From contig CM108484.1 in the NCBI GenBank assembly GCA_048537945.1, positions 19,073,034-19,137,033 on the forward strand: a stretch of 64,000 bases of DNA. The letters are read 5' to 3'. Made by a program: the position numbers and the translations under genes. The notes under the pieces are model-generated. The model did not search any database, was not told the DNA's origin, and saw only the letters and a list, made by a program, of their open reading frames with translations. This document shows positions 48,769-59,232 of this stretch, piece after piece (within the stretch, counting starts at the first letter, position 1; each line of letters opens with the position of its first letter). This DNA comes from Mnemiopsis leidyi. Lineage: Eukaryota.

Positions 48769-49120
48769 CTTATCGCGGCGATGGAGGCTGCTAGACTCGA
48801 AGAGGAAGAGCGCAGAAGAGCTGAGCGTGAGAGAAACAGAGAAGAACAGCGACGTCGCAAAGAAGAAGACCGAGAGAGACGCAGACAACAGCGTGAAGCA
48901 AAGCACCACCGCACACCTGCACCCAGATCTCAAGAACGCCCTCGCCCCAACACCCCCAAAGCTGCTAAACCAAAGAAAGAACGTGTTGTCAGTGACAAGC
49001 CAGTTTTTGTCTCTAAAAATGCGCTCGGTCGTGATCCCTCCCTCGCTGTCGGACGAGATCCCAGTCTGGTGGGCGCCAAGGCTAATCTCGCACTTGGCAG
49101 AGACCGCTCCATGGCTAAAG
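48769..49120 (+). CDS. WW-domain gene, exon 13: R/E-rich charged helix, basic P-rich linker, and first NALGRDPSL / VGRDPSLVG repeats
   Basis: AG at 48767-68, donor G|GTTTGG, ends in phase 1. Confidence 0.55.
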
Positions 49121-49347
49121 GTTTGGAATCACTCTACACTTCGTTATGTGCATTTTGATATTTAAAACAGTTTTTTTAGAACAGTGGTTTTTTAATCTTA
49201 TAACAGTTTAAAAGTTTCAGTTTATTACAAAGAATGTCCCGTTTTGGTACAGTCGAAACAGACCAATTTTCCCGTCTTAGCAGGTTTTACTCGCTGGAGC
49301 TTAGCCCACCACTAACAATCTCATCAATTTATTTTCCCGTTTTTCAG

Positions 49348-49496
49348 GGAGCGACAAATCACTTTCAAATGGTCGAAACTGTGCCCTCTCCGCCGGGAGA
49401 GATCCTACATTGGTCGGTAAAAATGGAAACTTGGCTAACGGTCGAAACCCATCCCTAGCTCACGGCAGAAACCCCAAACTTGTTGGCTGTCAGTAA
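49348..49496 (+). CDS. WW-domain gene, terminal exon 14 (SDKSLSNGRNCALSAGRDPTLVGKNGNLANGRNPSLAHGRNPKLVGCQ*)
   Basis: The phase-1 junction gives Gly. The NGR(D/N)P(S/T)L repeats continue. TAA at 49494-96. Total CDS is 1614 nt, giving 537 aa. Confidence 0.5.
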
Positions 49497-50741
49497 AGGA
49501 TTTGATCTGTTGAACATCGATATGAAAGGCGAGCTTAGAAGATCTGACTTCATGGTCGTGATCAGTCAAGTTATTAGATTCAACATCTTTCGTTAGCTCT
49601 GGTACTTAAACTTGGGATTGATGCTTATTGAACGACTTTTAAAACTACAGCTTGTAATGCTTGGTAAAGTGCTGCAATCGTTTGACTGAGTGTCGATCTT
49701 ATTGAAAGTTTGCAACTTTATAATCCCAAGGACATGGCTCGTACTGGTATCTAAGAGTGAGCTCTTAACATAGCTGCAGATAGTGACGTTATACCTTGAT
49801 TTTGTGCAGCAGTACAAAATTCAGAAATACTTACCATTATCTTTCCATGGAGTATAAATTCAAGTCATAGCTATTCTTTTAGAATAAGATCAAGATTTAT
49901 TTTGTGTCTAGTTTAGGTAGAAGTAAAATATAAATATTGTGAAGATCAGGACTTACTGCTGAATTGAGAGGTAGTTGTACAAACAAGCTCGTTTGTAATA
50001 CTGCCGCGTGTAAATTGTAGACGGTATATAACTGCACACTACTTAAGTTTTTTTGCAAGTTCGCTGTTTATAAAACTCCTGCAAACTGCATTTGTTATTA
50101 TCAACTGTAATTTTTTGTACAGTGTATGTACTGAACATTACAAATTTATTGATATGATAGATATCATAATATTGAGATTTGAGACTGTATTTTCGAGATT
50201 TTATATTATTTTGAAATTTCAAGTTATTATTTCCCGCTCCTTAATCAGATGCTTAGCATACATTTTAATCTGCTCAAGAAAGAGATATGCTATTTTATTC
50301 CTTGTTTAAGGTCCTGAAACTATAAAACCTAAAATCTCTGACAAGTTGCCACCATTTGTTAGAAAAAATAGAGAGTTTACTTTTCAAATAAGTTTATGTG
50401 GCACGATATTCAAAAGTACGAGATTTTATATTGTCGAAATTTGGTTTCAGTTATTTGGACTATGATATCAGTTTCAGTTTGTATATACTTAAGTTGTACT
50501 TGGAAAGTTTTATTTACTATGAGTTGCAATTTTCTGATTTGATATTTTCCTGCCAAAAGTTTTTATCGTTTGATTTGTGTCTTGCTATCAGTCAAGCTGA
50601 GTATCCTCGTTTACTATAGTTAAGAAATTTTTTGAAAGTTTTAGGGGCTATTCATTGCTGTATAACTCATTAAACTCCAATAATTTTGATAGTGTTAGCA
50701 AAATATGATAAAGCCAATTTAAGGCTAGTCAACACTCAACA

Positions 50742-52118
50742 ATGAAAGAGAAGCTACTGAATGTAAAGATCTCGTGTCAGTTAACATTCGATGTCCAATC
50801 GGACGATTTACACGATTCCCAAACAGACTTCTCAGACTTACAGACCTTCCTGTCCGATCTCCAAGATAACTTGGAACTGTTGGATCTGATCAAAGCAGGT
50901 GAAATTGTTGAAACAGACAACTTCGAGCTTACTCCTTCAGAAAATAGTCTTATCGCGATTTCGAGATTTTCAGACCGACAGTCTCCCTTTTACCTCTCAT
51001 GTGATACCTTGAAATCAATTTCTAACACACTTTCCCTTTACGATCTAAATGAGAAGTTATTAAAGGTGGGAGTTGGGTTTGAAAACCGGTCGGACACATT
51101 AAGAGAAACGGAAGTGTTTAATCCGAGTGTAACTTCGGTACCTGAAAGAAGCCAAAATAGTATTCTGGACATTAACATCAAGGAACAAAATTTATCAAAT
51201 TTTGGCTCTGTTATTGTCAATAAGGACACTGTAAATGATGATTCTGACATCATTGCTGGCAACAGTCCTACAGATCCAGTCAGCCACTTCGAGGGTTTTG
51301 TAGATAATAACAAATTAGATTCTATGACGTCCGTTAATCTCAATATTAATTCTTATCCTGAGTCAACCGATAACAAAAAGCATCCTTCTAATCATATCAC
51401 TAACATGAATGACACGAATAAACATAAAAATACCGGCCACCAAACCACTGACAGTGAAATTCAAAGGAACTTTGACAAACGGTCAGGAGCTTGTGCCGTG
51501 GATTCTCTTATCGCTGCTCATGTTTACAGTGACTTCCTTGATGCTCCCAGAGAACCTGACGACGACCTACCACCTCCTGAGTTGAACACAACCGCTACTC
51601 TCAAAGAGTACTTATTAAAAAAAGGATCTGACTCTGCACTGTCTTCTTTAAAGTCTGAATGTTTTACACATAAAACAGCACTTAATCCAGTATTTTCTTA
51701 CGAGCTTCATTTCGTTATTGGCTCTGTGAAGCACATCTATAAATGCTGTACTAGGTTTGCACGGAAATCGGATGCTAGGAGGCATGTTGAGTACAAGGCT
51801 TGTCAAGCACTAGGCATGTCTTGGAGGTCAGGTCAGCCGCTTTCTTCGAACGAGATCGACCAAACCCCAAGAACTTCAGATTTTATGGGAATTCTAAACA
51901 GATATTTGCAGAGTAGGGGCTCTGAACATTCATTAACATGGCATTTTGATACCTTAGTTATCCTGAAAAGCTGCCGAATAATGACCGCCACACTTTCTTT
52001 TAGGGATGGAGGAGAATTCCGCTTTTTTCATTCTAAAGAGTCGCCGAACCAGAGCGAGGCAAAAAGAAATGCTGCATACAGAGCTTGCAAATCACTCGGT
52101 CTGTGTCCTTTAAATTGA
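50742..52118 (+). CDS. Intronless 458-aa ORF: S/T/N/D-rich N-terminal region plus two C-terminal dsRNA-binding-motif-like segments
   Basis: NPVFSYELHFVIGSVKHIYKCCTRF...ARKSDARRHVEYKACQALG and DFMGILNRYLQ...FRDGGEFRFF...SEAKRNAAYRACKSLGL fit the dsRBM pattern (hydrophobic core, G.G.SKK.AK..AA..AL). No homologue was recognised otherwise. Confidence 0.4.
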   Translation: MKEKLLNVKISCQLTFDVQSDDLHDSQTDFSDLQTFLSDLQDNLELLDLIKAGEIVETDNFELTPSENSLIAISRFSDRQSPFYLSCDTLKSISNTLSLYDLNEKLLKVGVGFENRSDTLRETEVFNPSVTSVPERSQNSILDINIKEQNLSNFGSVIVNKDTVNDDSDIIAGNSPTDPVSHFEGFVDNNKLDSMTSVNLNINSYPESTDNKKHPSNHITNMNDTNKHKNTGHQTTDSEIQRNFDKRSGACAVDSLIAAHVYSDFLDAPREPDDDLPPPELNTTATLKEYLLKKGSDSALSSLKSECFTHKTALNPVFSYELHFVIGSVKHIYKCCTRFARKSDARRHVEYKACQALGMSWRSGQPLSSNEIDQTPRTSDFMGILNRYLQSRGSEHSLTWHFDTLVILKSCRIMTATLSFRDGGEFRFFHSKESPNQSEAKRNAAYRACKSLGLCPLN

Positions 52119-53272
52119 GCTTTAATGTAATGTCCTGCACCTTAAAGAAAAAAAAGAAGAATTAGTGATTATTCATCATGCTTTAATAACTTTATTTGTT
52201 TTAAAATAGAAATGCGTTTGAATAAATACCATGAAGATGGAAATAGCAGATGACTTTTTTCACTTTAAATAAATTGTGATTTTTAAAAAATCATTATAAA
52301 AACATTGCACATTCAATCAATCAGATGCTGCCATAAAAGTTTTCTCTTACGAATTTAAATTTATATTTTCATATTTAATGAAGATTGTATGTTATATTTT
52401 GAAATTATTCTAAGCTCAACAACTCGAGTTTGAAATAATGCAATTTTTTGTGATTTTTTGCGTTGAAAATTTAAATCAATTCGATTTTGAAATTGCGTCT
52501 TGGACATTCCTTAAGGGTGAATTGTAAAAATTTAGCTAGACCAACTGACTGTACAGGAACCTAAAGCACCCTAACGGGCATCAATTGCACCACTTATTTT
52601 TTTATTCTAACATGACGCATAATTTAATTTTTGAAAATCGCAAAAAGATAATTTTTCCGAGAATTTGGAAATTTTTGGAAATTTAAAACAATTTTTTTTT
52701 AAACAATTTTAATTTTAATTGATCAACAATTACACACCAAAACGCACACACACAAAAAGTAGAAATATCCTTGAGATATGAATGCTCAGTCACACTTAAA
52801 TAAAATTTGCATTATATGTGGGAAAGAAATTGGGATTTATAATCTGCATGTTTACACATATCATTTCAAAGAGAGAGAGTTAGTATGAATGAGCTCAAGT
52901 TATAGAAATTTAAGTGTTACAGTTACGTTACATGTGGAATAATTGATCTTGACGGCATGCCAAGTGACATAGGTGGTAGAAACTAGATGATTAAGATAGT
53001 CAGTCACCAGAAACTTCTGCCGTCCAGTGGGTAGCAGGAAACACGTATTGAATAGTTTTTGTACTTCTTATCTATCACCATAAATATTCATTGTACGCAC
53101 AAAATATAAAGTTGATAAGACTATTTAGAAGTGAGAGCTAATCTTAGGATTACAATACAGAAACACATATCATGGTTTTCTTAATGTGCTGTGGCAGTGA
53201 AATTTTAGATAAATTGGACTGATTCACGTATAAGCATAAGCTATTATTTATAATTTACATTCGGTTTATTTA

Positions 53273-54706
53273 TTAAGCTGTTAAATTTTCGGTGTATGGG
53301 TTATTTTTCATAGCTTCCAAATACAATTCTAATGAGTTATTGATCGGTATCCATGAGTTCACATCGCCAAATAGTTGAGCTTTACGTATAAAGTTTTTCA
53401 GTCGTGACATAAGGCAGCTTAATGTCGGAGCACAGGTTATTGAGTCACATTGTGAAGGCGAAGAACATAGATTATTCCAAAGTTTTACAGATTGATAGCA
53501 GAAATTGTTTTGATAGTGTGAAAGTTTAAGGTTAAGAGGAGTAATTCTTTTTCTTTTTTCTTCTTTTACGTTGTGAAGTTCCAGCAGTTCAAATAAATAC
53601 ACGGGTTTTTTAAATATCAGAAGTTTTATTAAATGAAGCAAGGTAGCGTAGTTATAAAGATTATAAACAGTCAAAATACGTAGCTCATTAAACTTATTTT
53701 TCGTATGTCCTTTCACAAATTTTGATTCACGTTTTATAGAAAAAAGGTTTCTAAGAGCCCTTTTTTGGAGCACAAATAATGGCTTAAGAGAATCATGCGT
53801 TTTGAAAGCTCCCCAGACTGCGATAGCATAAGATAATTGAGAGTTTATAATTGCATTATAGACGTTTATTTGTAAGTTCTTTGGTATGACCTTTCTCATA
53901 TTCCAGAGTTGAGAAATACTGTTACGTACTTTATTACTAACAGCTGTAATGTGTGTCTTCCAGCTTAGTCTACAATCTATTAGAACTCCAAGAAACTTGA
54001 TACAATTTACTCGTTCTAAGTCAGAGTTTCCAAACCTTGGGTTAAACTGTGTTTGCAGCTGAGCACTACGGGGCGATTGAAAGTGCATATACTTAGACTT
54101 CAAAACATTAATATGTAGAAAGTTTGCTTCTAAGTACTCTTTAAGTTTACTAAGGATGATGTCAGTCTTTTTTGTGGCATCAAGAACCGAATTTCCCTCT
54201 ACAAATAGGTTTGTGTCATCAGCAAATAAAATAAATGTTGCATTGTCAAGACAGTTGGACAAGCAGGTTGAAGATTCACACGTACATTGACTATGTACTA
54301 AGTCATTTACGTACAAGAGAAATAATAATGGTCCTAGGACAGATCCTTGTGGAACACCATCAAGTACATCAAGTAGATCAGATTCAGTGTCACCATGAAA
54401 CACAAGTTGCTTACGGTCAGTTAAATAACTTCGAAACAGTTCATGAACATTGCCTCTGATCCCATAGTGTTCAAGTTTGTCTAGCAATATACTGTGCTTT
54501 ACGGTGTCGAAAGCCTTACTGAAATCCAAGAAGATTCCATAAACTGTACGATTATCACTTAACCCTTTCAAGATTTGAGTAATAGCTGAGTTAAGGGCAT
54601 GGATTGTATTTGTATTTGTATTTGTTACACCTGTACCCAGGCTTTTACAGTTATACTGAAGGGGCTCCAGGAAGATTCTAGATCTTTTAACGGAGACCCT
54701 CCTCAT
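53273..54706 (-). CDS. LINE ORF2, C-terminal part: RT motifs and the CR1/L2-type C-terminal domain
   Basis: FLDFSKAFDTVKH, GVPQGSVLGPLLFLLYVNDL, LFADDTNLF, ...VLQKRALRNL...HTKNKFNELRILTVYNLY. Confidence 0.7.
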   Translation of the reverse strand: MRRVSVKRSRIFLEPLQYNCKSLGTGVTNTNTNTIHALNSAITQILKGLSDNRTVYGIFLDFSKAFDTVKHSILLDKLEHYGIRGNVHELFRSYLTDRKQLVFHGDTESDLLDVLDGVPQGSVLGPLLFLLYVNDLVHSQCTCESSTCLSNCLDNATFILFADDTNLFVEGNSVLDATKKTDIILSKLKEYLEANFLHINVLKSKYMHFQSPRSAQLQTQFNPRFGNSDLERVNCIKFLGVLIDCRLSWKTHITAVSNKVRNSISQLWNMRKVIPKNLQINVYNAIINSQLSYAIAVWGAFKTHDSLKPLFVLQKRALRNLFSIKRESKFVKGHTKNKFNELRILTVYNLYNYATLLHLIKLLIFKKPVYLFELLELHNVKEEKRKRITPLNLKLSHYQNNFCYQSVKLWNNLCSSPSQCDSITCAPTLSCLMSRLKNFIRKAQLFGDVNSWIPINNSLELYLEAMKNNPYTENLTA

Positions 54707-54868
54707 TTAACCCTCAATCACGGTTTCCCGGTCATTCGGCTGAGTCGACCGAAGAAGATTGCATAGGCAAATGCCCTTAGCGCACTCCTCTAGGATTGAC
54801 GGATCAGGGAATCGAACCACCGATCTTCTGCATAGAAAGTCGGGGTAGATACCACTACACCACCAACC
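54611..54868 (-). mobile_element. Full-length tRNA-derived SINE inserted in LINE ORF2 (tRNA head GGGTTGGTGGTGTAGTGGTATCTACCCCGAC...GGTTCGATTCCC; tail ...GGTACAGGTGTAAC(AAATAC)3)
   Basis: It splits FGFRKRHST | IHALNSAITQ of the RT. The SINE-internal GAGGGTTAAATGAGGAGG supplies a TAA then ATG that splits the ORF track at 54706 and 54707. Confidence 0.75.
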
Positions 54869-56554
54869 CATTGTGGAATGACGCTTGCGGAAACCAAACT
54901 GCTTCTTGTAAATAACATTGTGCTTTTCAAGGAACTTGTCTATTCTAGTATGTATGAGCTTTTCAAATATTTTAGAGAATACGGGTAATAAAGATATCGG
55001 TCTGTAGTTGACTATGTCATTTTTGTCACCGCTTTTGTAAAGTGGTACTACTCTAGCAATCTTTAATACATCTGGGAAGATTCCAGCATACATGCAGTTG
55101 TTAAATAGTACTGAGAAAGGTGCACTGAGATGATGTTTAAATATCTTCAGTATTCTTGGCGATATATCTGATGACTTGTTGGGATTTAGATCTTTTATAA
55201 TGCTATCGATTTCGTTGCTTTCAATTTCTTCGAAAAAAAGTGTTGACTCAACACGATTTTTCATAAATTTGGTATAGTCTGTAAAATGTGGACTAGATTT
55301 ATTTGCATTAAGGTTTTTTGCAAGATCAACAAAATGTGAATTTAATTTCTGCACAATTACTCTGCGGTCAGTTATGAGTTGTCGATTGTATTCAATGTAG
55401 TTCGGAAAAGACAGAGATTTCTTTTTATGTCTCATTTCATTAATAACTTTCCAACATTTCTTTAGATCTCCTTGGCATTTTTCAAAACGTTTTCTTAGAA
55501 AGCTTTCTTTTGCTTCCTTTTTAATCTTATCAAGTTTACTTCTATATAGCTTATAGTTAGCTTCTAATGCATTTAAATTGGGGTCACCTTTTTTCCTAGC
55601 TGAGATAACATTAACATGAAGTTTATTCTTAGTTTCACAGGCTTTTGCTATTCCTAAACTTATCCATGGTTTGTCAATAAAATTTCTTTTACTCGTTATG
55701 TCAACAGTGTCTAAAAAGCAGTCGCTATAGGCCTTTTTGAGTTCATTATAATAAGAATTAAATTGTTCGACACACTTTTCTTTAATTATACAGGGGTCAA
55801 GAACAATACTCTTAACAAACTTCGAATTTATTGACAAAATTGAATTTTCAAACTTTTCTATTGTTCTAGAATTTATATTGTGGATCTTAATCAAGTTAGT
55901 AGCAGCATCATTTGAATTAAGAATAGAGTCGGCTGATGTTGGAACACAAGCAAAAATGGGCATATGAGCAGAAGTAGACACGTTAAGAATACCAGAGGAT
56001 ACATTGTCAGATATTATGTTACACCAGATATGGTCAATAGCAGTATGTGATACACCTTTAAAGTGAGTTGGTTTATTAATTAGTGGATAAAAACCAGAGC
56101 AAATGAAAGTATTGATGTATTCCTGGACGTTTGAGTTATTTTCATAATTTAGAGTATTGAGATTGAAATCTCCAAGAATCACTGTTGGCTTGTCAGCAAC
56201 TGTATCAAGAAAAGATTGAAGTTCAGTAATACTTTCTCTTATTTTACTATTAGACGAATATATGTATACAACTATGACATTTACACTGCCTATATCTGTC
56301 AGAAAAGTACCACCTAGGCATTCGAAGTAATTGTTACGTAATGTTAGAGCTTTGGAAACTTTGAATTTTAAGTTGTTCCTATAATATAGAGCCAAACCCG
56401 ATCTCTTGGCTTTACCCTCGATGCTATAAAGGAATTCAGCATTGTACCCGTCAATCGTGAAGTCATGATCAATACCCTTTTTTAGATTGGTTTCATTGAA
56501 GCAAAGAAAGTCAAACTTTTTGTTAGTACTCTGTGTCTGATCAAGAAATTCCAC
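54707..56554 (-). CDS. LINE ORF2, N-terminal part: AP endonuclease plus the first half of RT, ending inside a SINE insertion
   Basis: The exo-endo-phosphatase fold is suggested by VILGDFNLN and TAIDHIWCN. RT region: PRILK, NYRPISLLPVFSKIFEKL, FGFRKRHST. The terminal ...TMGWWCSGIYPDF... is a translated SINE. Confidence 0.65.
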   Translation of the reverse strand: MEFLDQTQSTNKKFDFLCFNETNLKKGIDHDFTIDGYNAEFLYSIEGKAKRSGLALYYRNNLKFKVSKALTLRNNYFECLGGTFLTDIGSVNVIVVYIYSSNSKIRESITELQSFLDTVADKPTVILGDFNLNTLNYENNSNVQEYINTFICSGFYPLINKPTHFKGVSHTAIDHIWCNIISDNVSSGILNVSTSAHMPIFACVPTSADSILNSNDAATNLIKIHNINSRTIEKFENSILSINSKFVKSIVLDPCIIKEKCVEQFNSYYNELKKAYSDCFLDTVDITSKRNFIDKPWISLGIAKACETKNKLHVNVISARKKGDPNLNALEANYKLYRSKLDKIKKEAKESFLRKRFEKCQGDLKKCWKVINEMRHKKKSLSFPNYIEYNRQLITDRRVIVQKLNSHFVDLAKNLNANKSSPHFTDYTKFMKNRVESTLFFEEIESNEIDSIIKDLNPNKSSDISPRILKIFKHHLSAPFSVLFNNCMYAGIFPDVLKIARVVPLYKSGDKNDIVNYRPISLLPVFSKIFEKLIHTRIDKFLEKHNVIYKKQFGFRKRHSTMGWWCSGIYPDFLCRRSVVRFPDPSILEECAKGICLCNLLRSTQPNDRETVIEG

Positions 56555-56781
56555 AAAGTTTGACTGGAATCCGTCAATATTATTGAAAAGAAAAGAAGTA
56601 CCTTTAAATTCAACGTTCGAGACTAAAGAAGTTGTGTCATAATATCTACAGTTATCTAGAGTATTTCTGGAATATAGTAATGTTTCATTATATTCATCGA
56701 TCTCATCATCGAAGAATCGGTTCTTATCATTATCTTCGGAATCGTTAAACGGGTTGAAACTAACATCTTTAAATAGTTTAT

Positions 56782-57240
56782 TTAGAGTATGGGAGCCTTG
56801 CGAACCAGATTTTCGATTAAAAATATTGTACTAGGGAGGCAGTTTTTGCAGCAAAGGTTAGATATTTTCATACAATTATAGTGACTAGTTTGGTTACATA
56901 GCACACATTTAGAAGTTCTGTGTTTCTGAGGGCTTATATTTTTTTCACAACTTATGCACGTAGATTTGATGTTAGAAGAATGAGGGTTAGAAGGGCAAAT
57001 AGCAATATTGATGGGTAGTATTGATTCGATGCAGATAGGGCAAAACCAATCATTTTGTTTTTGTATTTCAAGAGCCACATCAGTTTCTATCTTGAGACAC
57101 TTCGCATGATAAATTTTTCCGTCACAATCACATATAAGTACTGTATCATGAGTGTAAATAGGTTTAAAGCAGAGCCCACACTTCTCTCTTTGGATTGATT
57201 TGTGTATTGTATTTATATATAAAATCCACAATCTGTCCAC
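56782..57240 (-). CDS. Cys-rich ORF with a PHD-type zinc finger (CGLCFKPI...CDCDGKIYHAKC...WFCPIC) between ORF1 and ORF2 of the LINE
   Basis: C4HC3 spacing. A further CxxC...C...C cluster follows. Confidence 0.5.
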   Translation of the reverse strand: MDRLWILYINTIHKSIQREKCGLCFKPIYTHDTVLICDCDGKIYHAKCLKIETDVALEIQKQNDWFCPICIESILPINIAICPSNPHSSNIKSTCISCEKNISPQKHRTSKCVLCNQTSHYNCMKISNLCCKNCLPSTIFLIENLVRKAPIL

Positions 57241-57863
57241 ACCTTACGTAGTCAAAAGTTTATAGAACACTCGGATAAAAAGTTTGTAGAACTATTAAAC
57301 AGTAGATACTTTGCTCATAAAGACCGTTGAACATACTGTGGTTAAAAACAAGTTCCTAAATGTAAATACTAATTGTACATTAAATACGAGTAGAGTAATC
57401 ATCATCACAGGAAACAGCTGGGATACCGTGTAAAATTTAAGCTGGCTATTTTATAAAAAAAAAAGAAACATACCATTTTCCAGGTTCACAGAGGTATGCG
57501 GTTGAATGATGATATATCTTTGAAAACAAACAACAACTGACAATTTGAGAAAATACACATCTAATTTATACACTTCGACCGTGTATGTCTAAGTATGATA
57601 CTGAATACATACACGGTGCGACTTATCAAGTATAACATCTAGAGATAACGTATATAAGCAAGATATCAAAATTCGTGTAATTATGGCGTGGATGCAGTAA
57701 TTAATAAATAACCAAGATTGGGATTAATGTGTTACTGAGCAATTAACTTCCAGAGCATATACAGAACGAAAATTATAAACAACACAAGCCAAAAAACTCT
57801 AGGCTCGTCAAAGAGCGAACTATCCACAATCATCACAGAAACTTTCGAACTAGATTTTTGTAG

Positions 57864-58697
57864 TCAGTTAACACGACAATCAGGGAACTTGTTAATAATC
57901 TGCCTAACAAAATCTTGCCAAACGTGTATACCGTTAAAATACTCGCCAGACGCGAGCTTCACGGCGAAACCTGAAGTTGGTGACTGATATGTCACCCACT
58001 TAGGTTTAAGTCCTACGTTACGAATCGGGCCACTCACATAAGACTCATCATTCTCATCAGACTTTAAAAACTTGAAAATACCAGATCTCAAGTCAGCATA
58101 ATGCTGAGTCAACGATTGATAAACTTTAACTTGTCGAGGTGCCGACGCAGCTTGATCAAAATTACGGTAATTCCTAATAACAGAGTCCTTCTTGTTAATT
58201 TTACTAAAACGTACAGTAACAGAGGGCGGAATAGTTTTCCCCCTGATAATACGGTTGTCACGGGAATTACGGTGTATCGCCGAAAAATCATTTGGGGAAA
58301 CGTCAACACCACTAACGCTAAGAGTCTGAGCCACTTTCTGTGACAGGGTAGCCTCAGTTTCAGACTCGGGTTTATCAAGTCCAACTACAGTTATTGTGTC
58401 GCGTCTTGAATATTGTTCCGTCTTAACAACGGAGAGATGTAGATCGTCAACTGATTCAACAACGTTCCTATTACGCACAAGCATTTCCTCCCTTAGCTGG
58501 GCATGTTCATTTCTAAGTTCCTTCACCTGGCAGTACAAAACACCCATAAAATCGAACATAGACTTTTCGAAGTCGGAAGATGGTTGCGGACCAGTTTTAA
58601 ACCTATCATAAAGAAGGTCAAGAGTAGGAGTCAAGGACGAAATACGCTGACTCTGATCATTGAGCCTAGCAGCAGCACCACGAGTGTTAGCCGGCAT
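57864..58697 (-). CDS. LINE ORF1 protein (N-terminal coiled coil plus RRM-like domain: EQYSRRDTITVVGLDKPESE ... HRNSRDNRIIRGKTIPPSVTVRFS)
   Basis: The YSRR(N/D).I.(I/V).G(I/L).E motif is typical of LINE ORF1p RRM-type domains. Confidence 0.6.
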   Translation of the reverse strand: MPANTRGAAARLNDQSQRISSLTPTLDLLYDRFKTGPQPSSDFEKSMFDFMGVLYCQVKELRNEHAQLREEMLVRNRNVVESVDDLHLSVVKTEQYSRRDTITVVGLDKPESETEATLSQKVAQTLSVSGVDVSPNDFSAIHRNSRDNRIIRGKTIPPSVTVRFSKINKKDSVIRNYRNFDQAASAPRQVKVYQSLTQHYADLRSGIFKFLKSDENDESYVSGPIRNVGLKPKWVTYQSPTSGFAVKLASGEYFNGIHVWQDFVRQIINKFPDCRVN

Positions 58698-58847
58698 GTT
58701 GAAAGCGGTGTGGAGCAGATTGTAAGAGTTACGTCAAGATGTAGATTTTCACGTTAAGTTATACACTGTGAGATGTATAGCTATAAGCTAAAGGTAAACG
58801 CTTATCACCACTAGTTGAACAAACGTATTAAATGGTTAAAGATAAGA

Positions 58848-59232
58848 TACATTGCATGAATAAAACTCAGCCGTTTCTAATTGCATCATGCTGAAAATTT
58901 GCACGAATTTCATTTATACCTTTGTGAAGCAGCTGTGAAAATTTCACGAAAAACTAATAAATGTAACTGACTTAATGGCACCTGTCCAACGTTGCCAAGT
59001 CCCAAAAATTTATTTTTTTATGTTATCTAACTTTGAAAATTTGCACACGTTACTGTGAACTGTCAAGCACCTTGAAACTTTGCACACACGTAGAAGACTT
59101 CGATAAAAAAATTTTGATGCTATGAAAAATCTGTTTCCAAGGAAAGGGGAAAGATTTATGGACACTTGAAATAAAAGTAGCAATTTATCTGTCAAATTTC
59201 AACTTGAAGACAAAAAATTGTTAAAATCGTGT
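58848..59232 (-). repeat. ~385-bp nonautonomous repeat R, a copy lacking the terminal ~70-bp LINE-type tail. It is in the same orientation as, and immediately 5' of, the full-length LINE
   Basis: About 85% identical to 63567-63935 in reverse orientation. Confidence 0.7.

Larger units (their letters stand above)
52562..58840 (-). mobile_element. Full-length CR1/L2-superfamily LINE, about 6.3 kb: 5'UTR, ORF1 (coiled coil plus RRM-like), small PHD-finger ORF, ORF2 (APE endonuclease plus RT, interrupted by a SINE), and a ~700-bp 3'UTR ending ...GGTGCAATTGATGCCCGTTAGGGTGCTT
   Basis: ORFs 57864-58697, 56782-57240, 54707-56554 and 53273-54706 lie co-linearly on the minus strand. The 3' terminus is shared with the repeats at 58848-59232 and 63567-64000. 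Confidence 0.7.
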
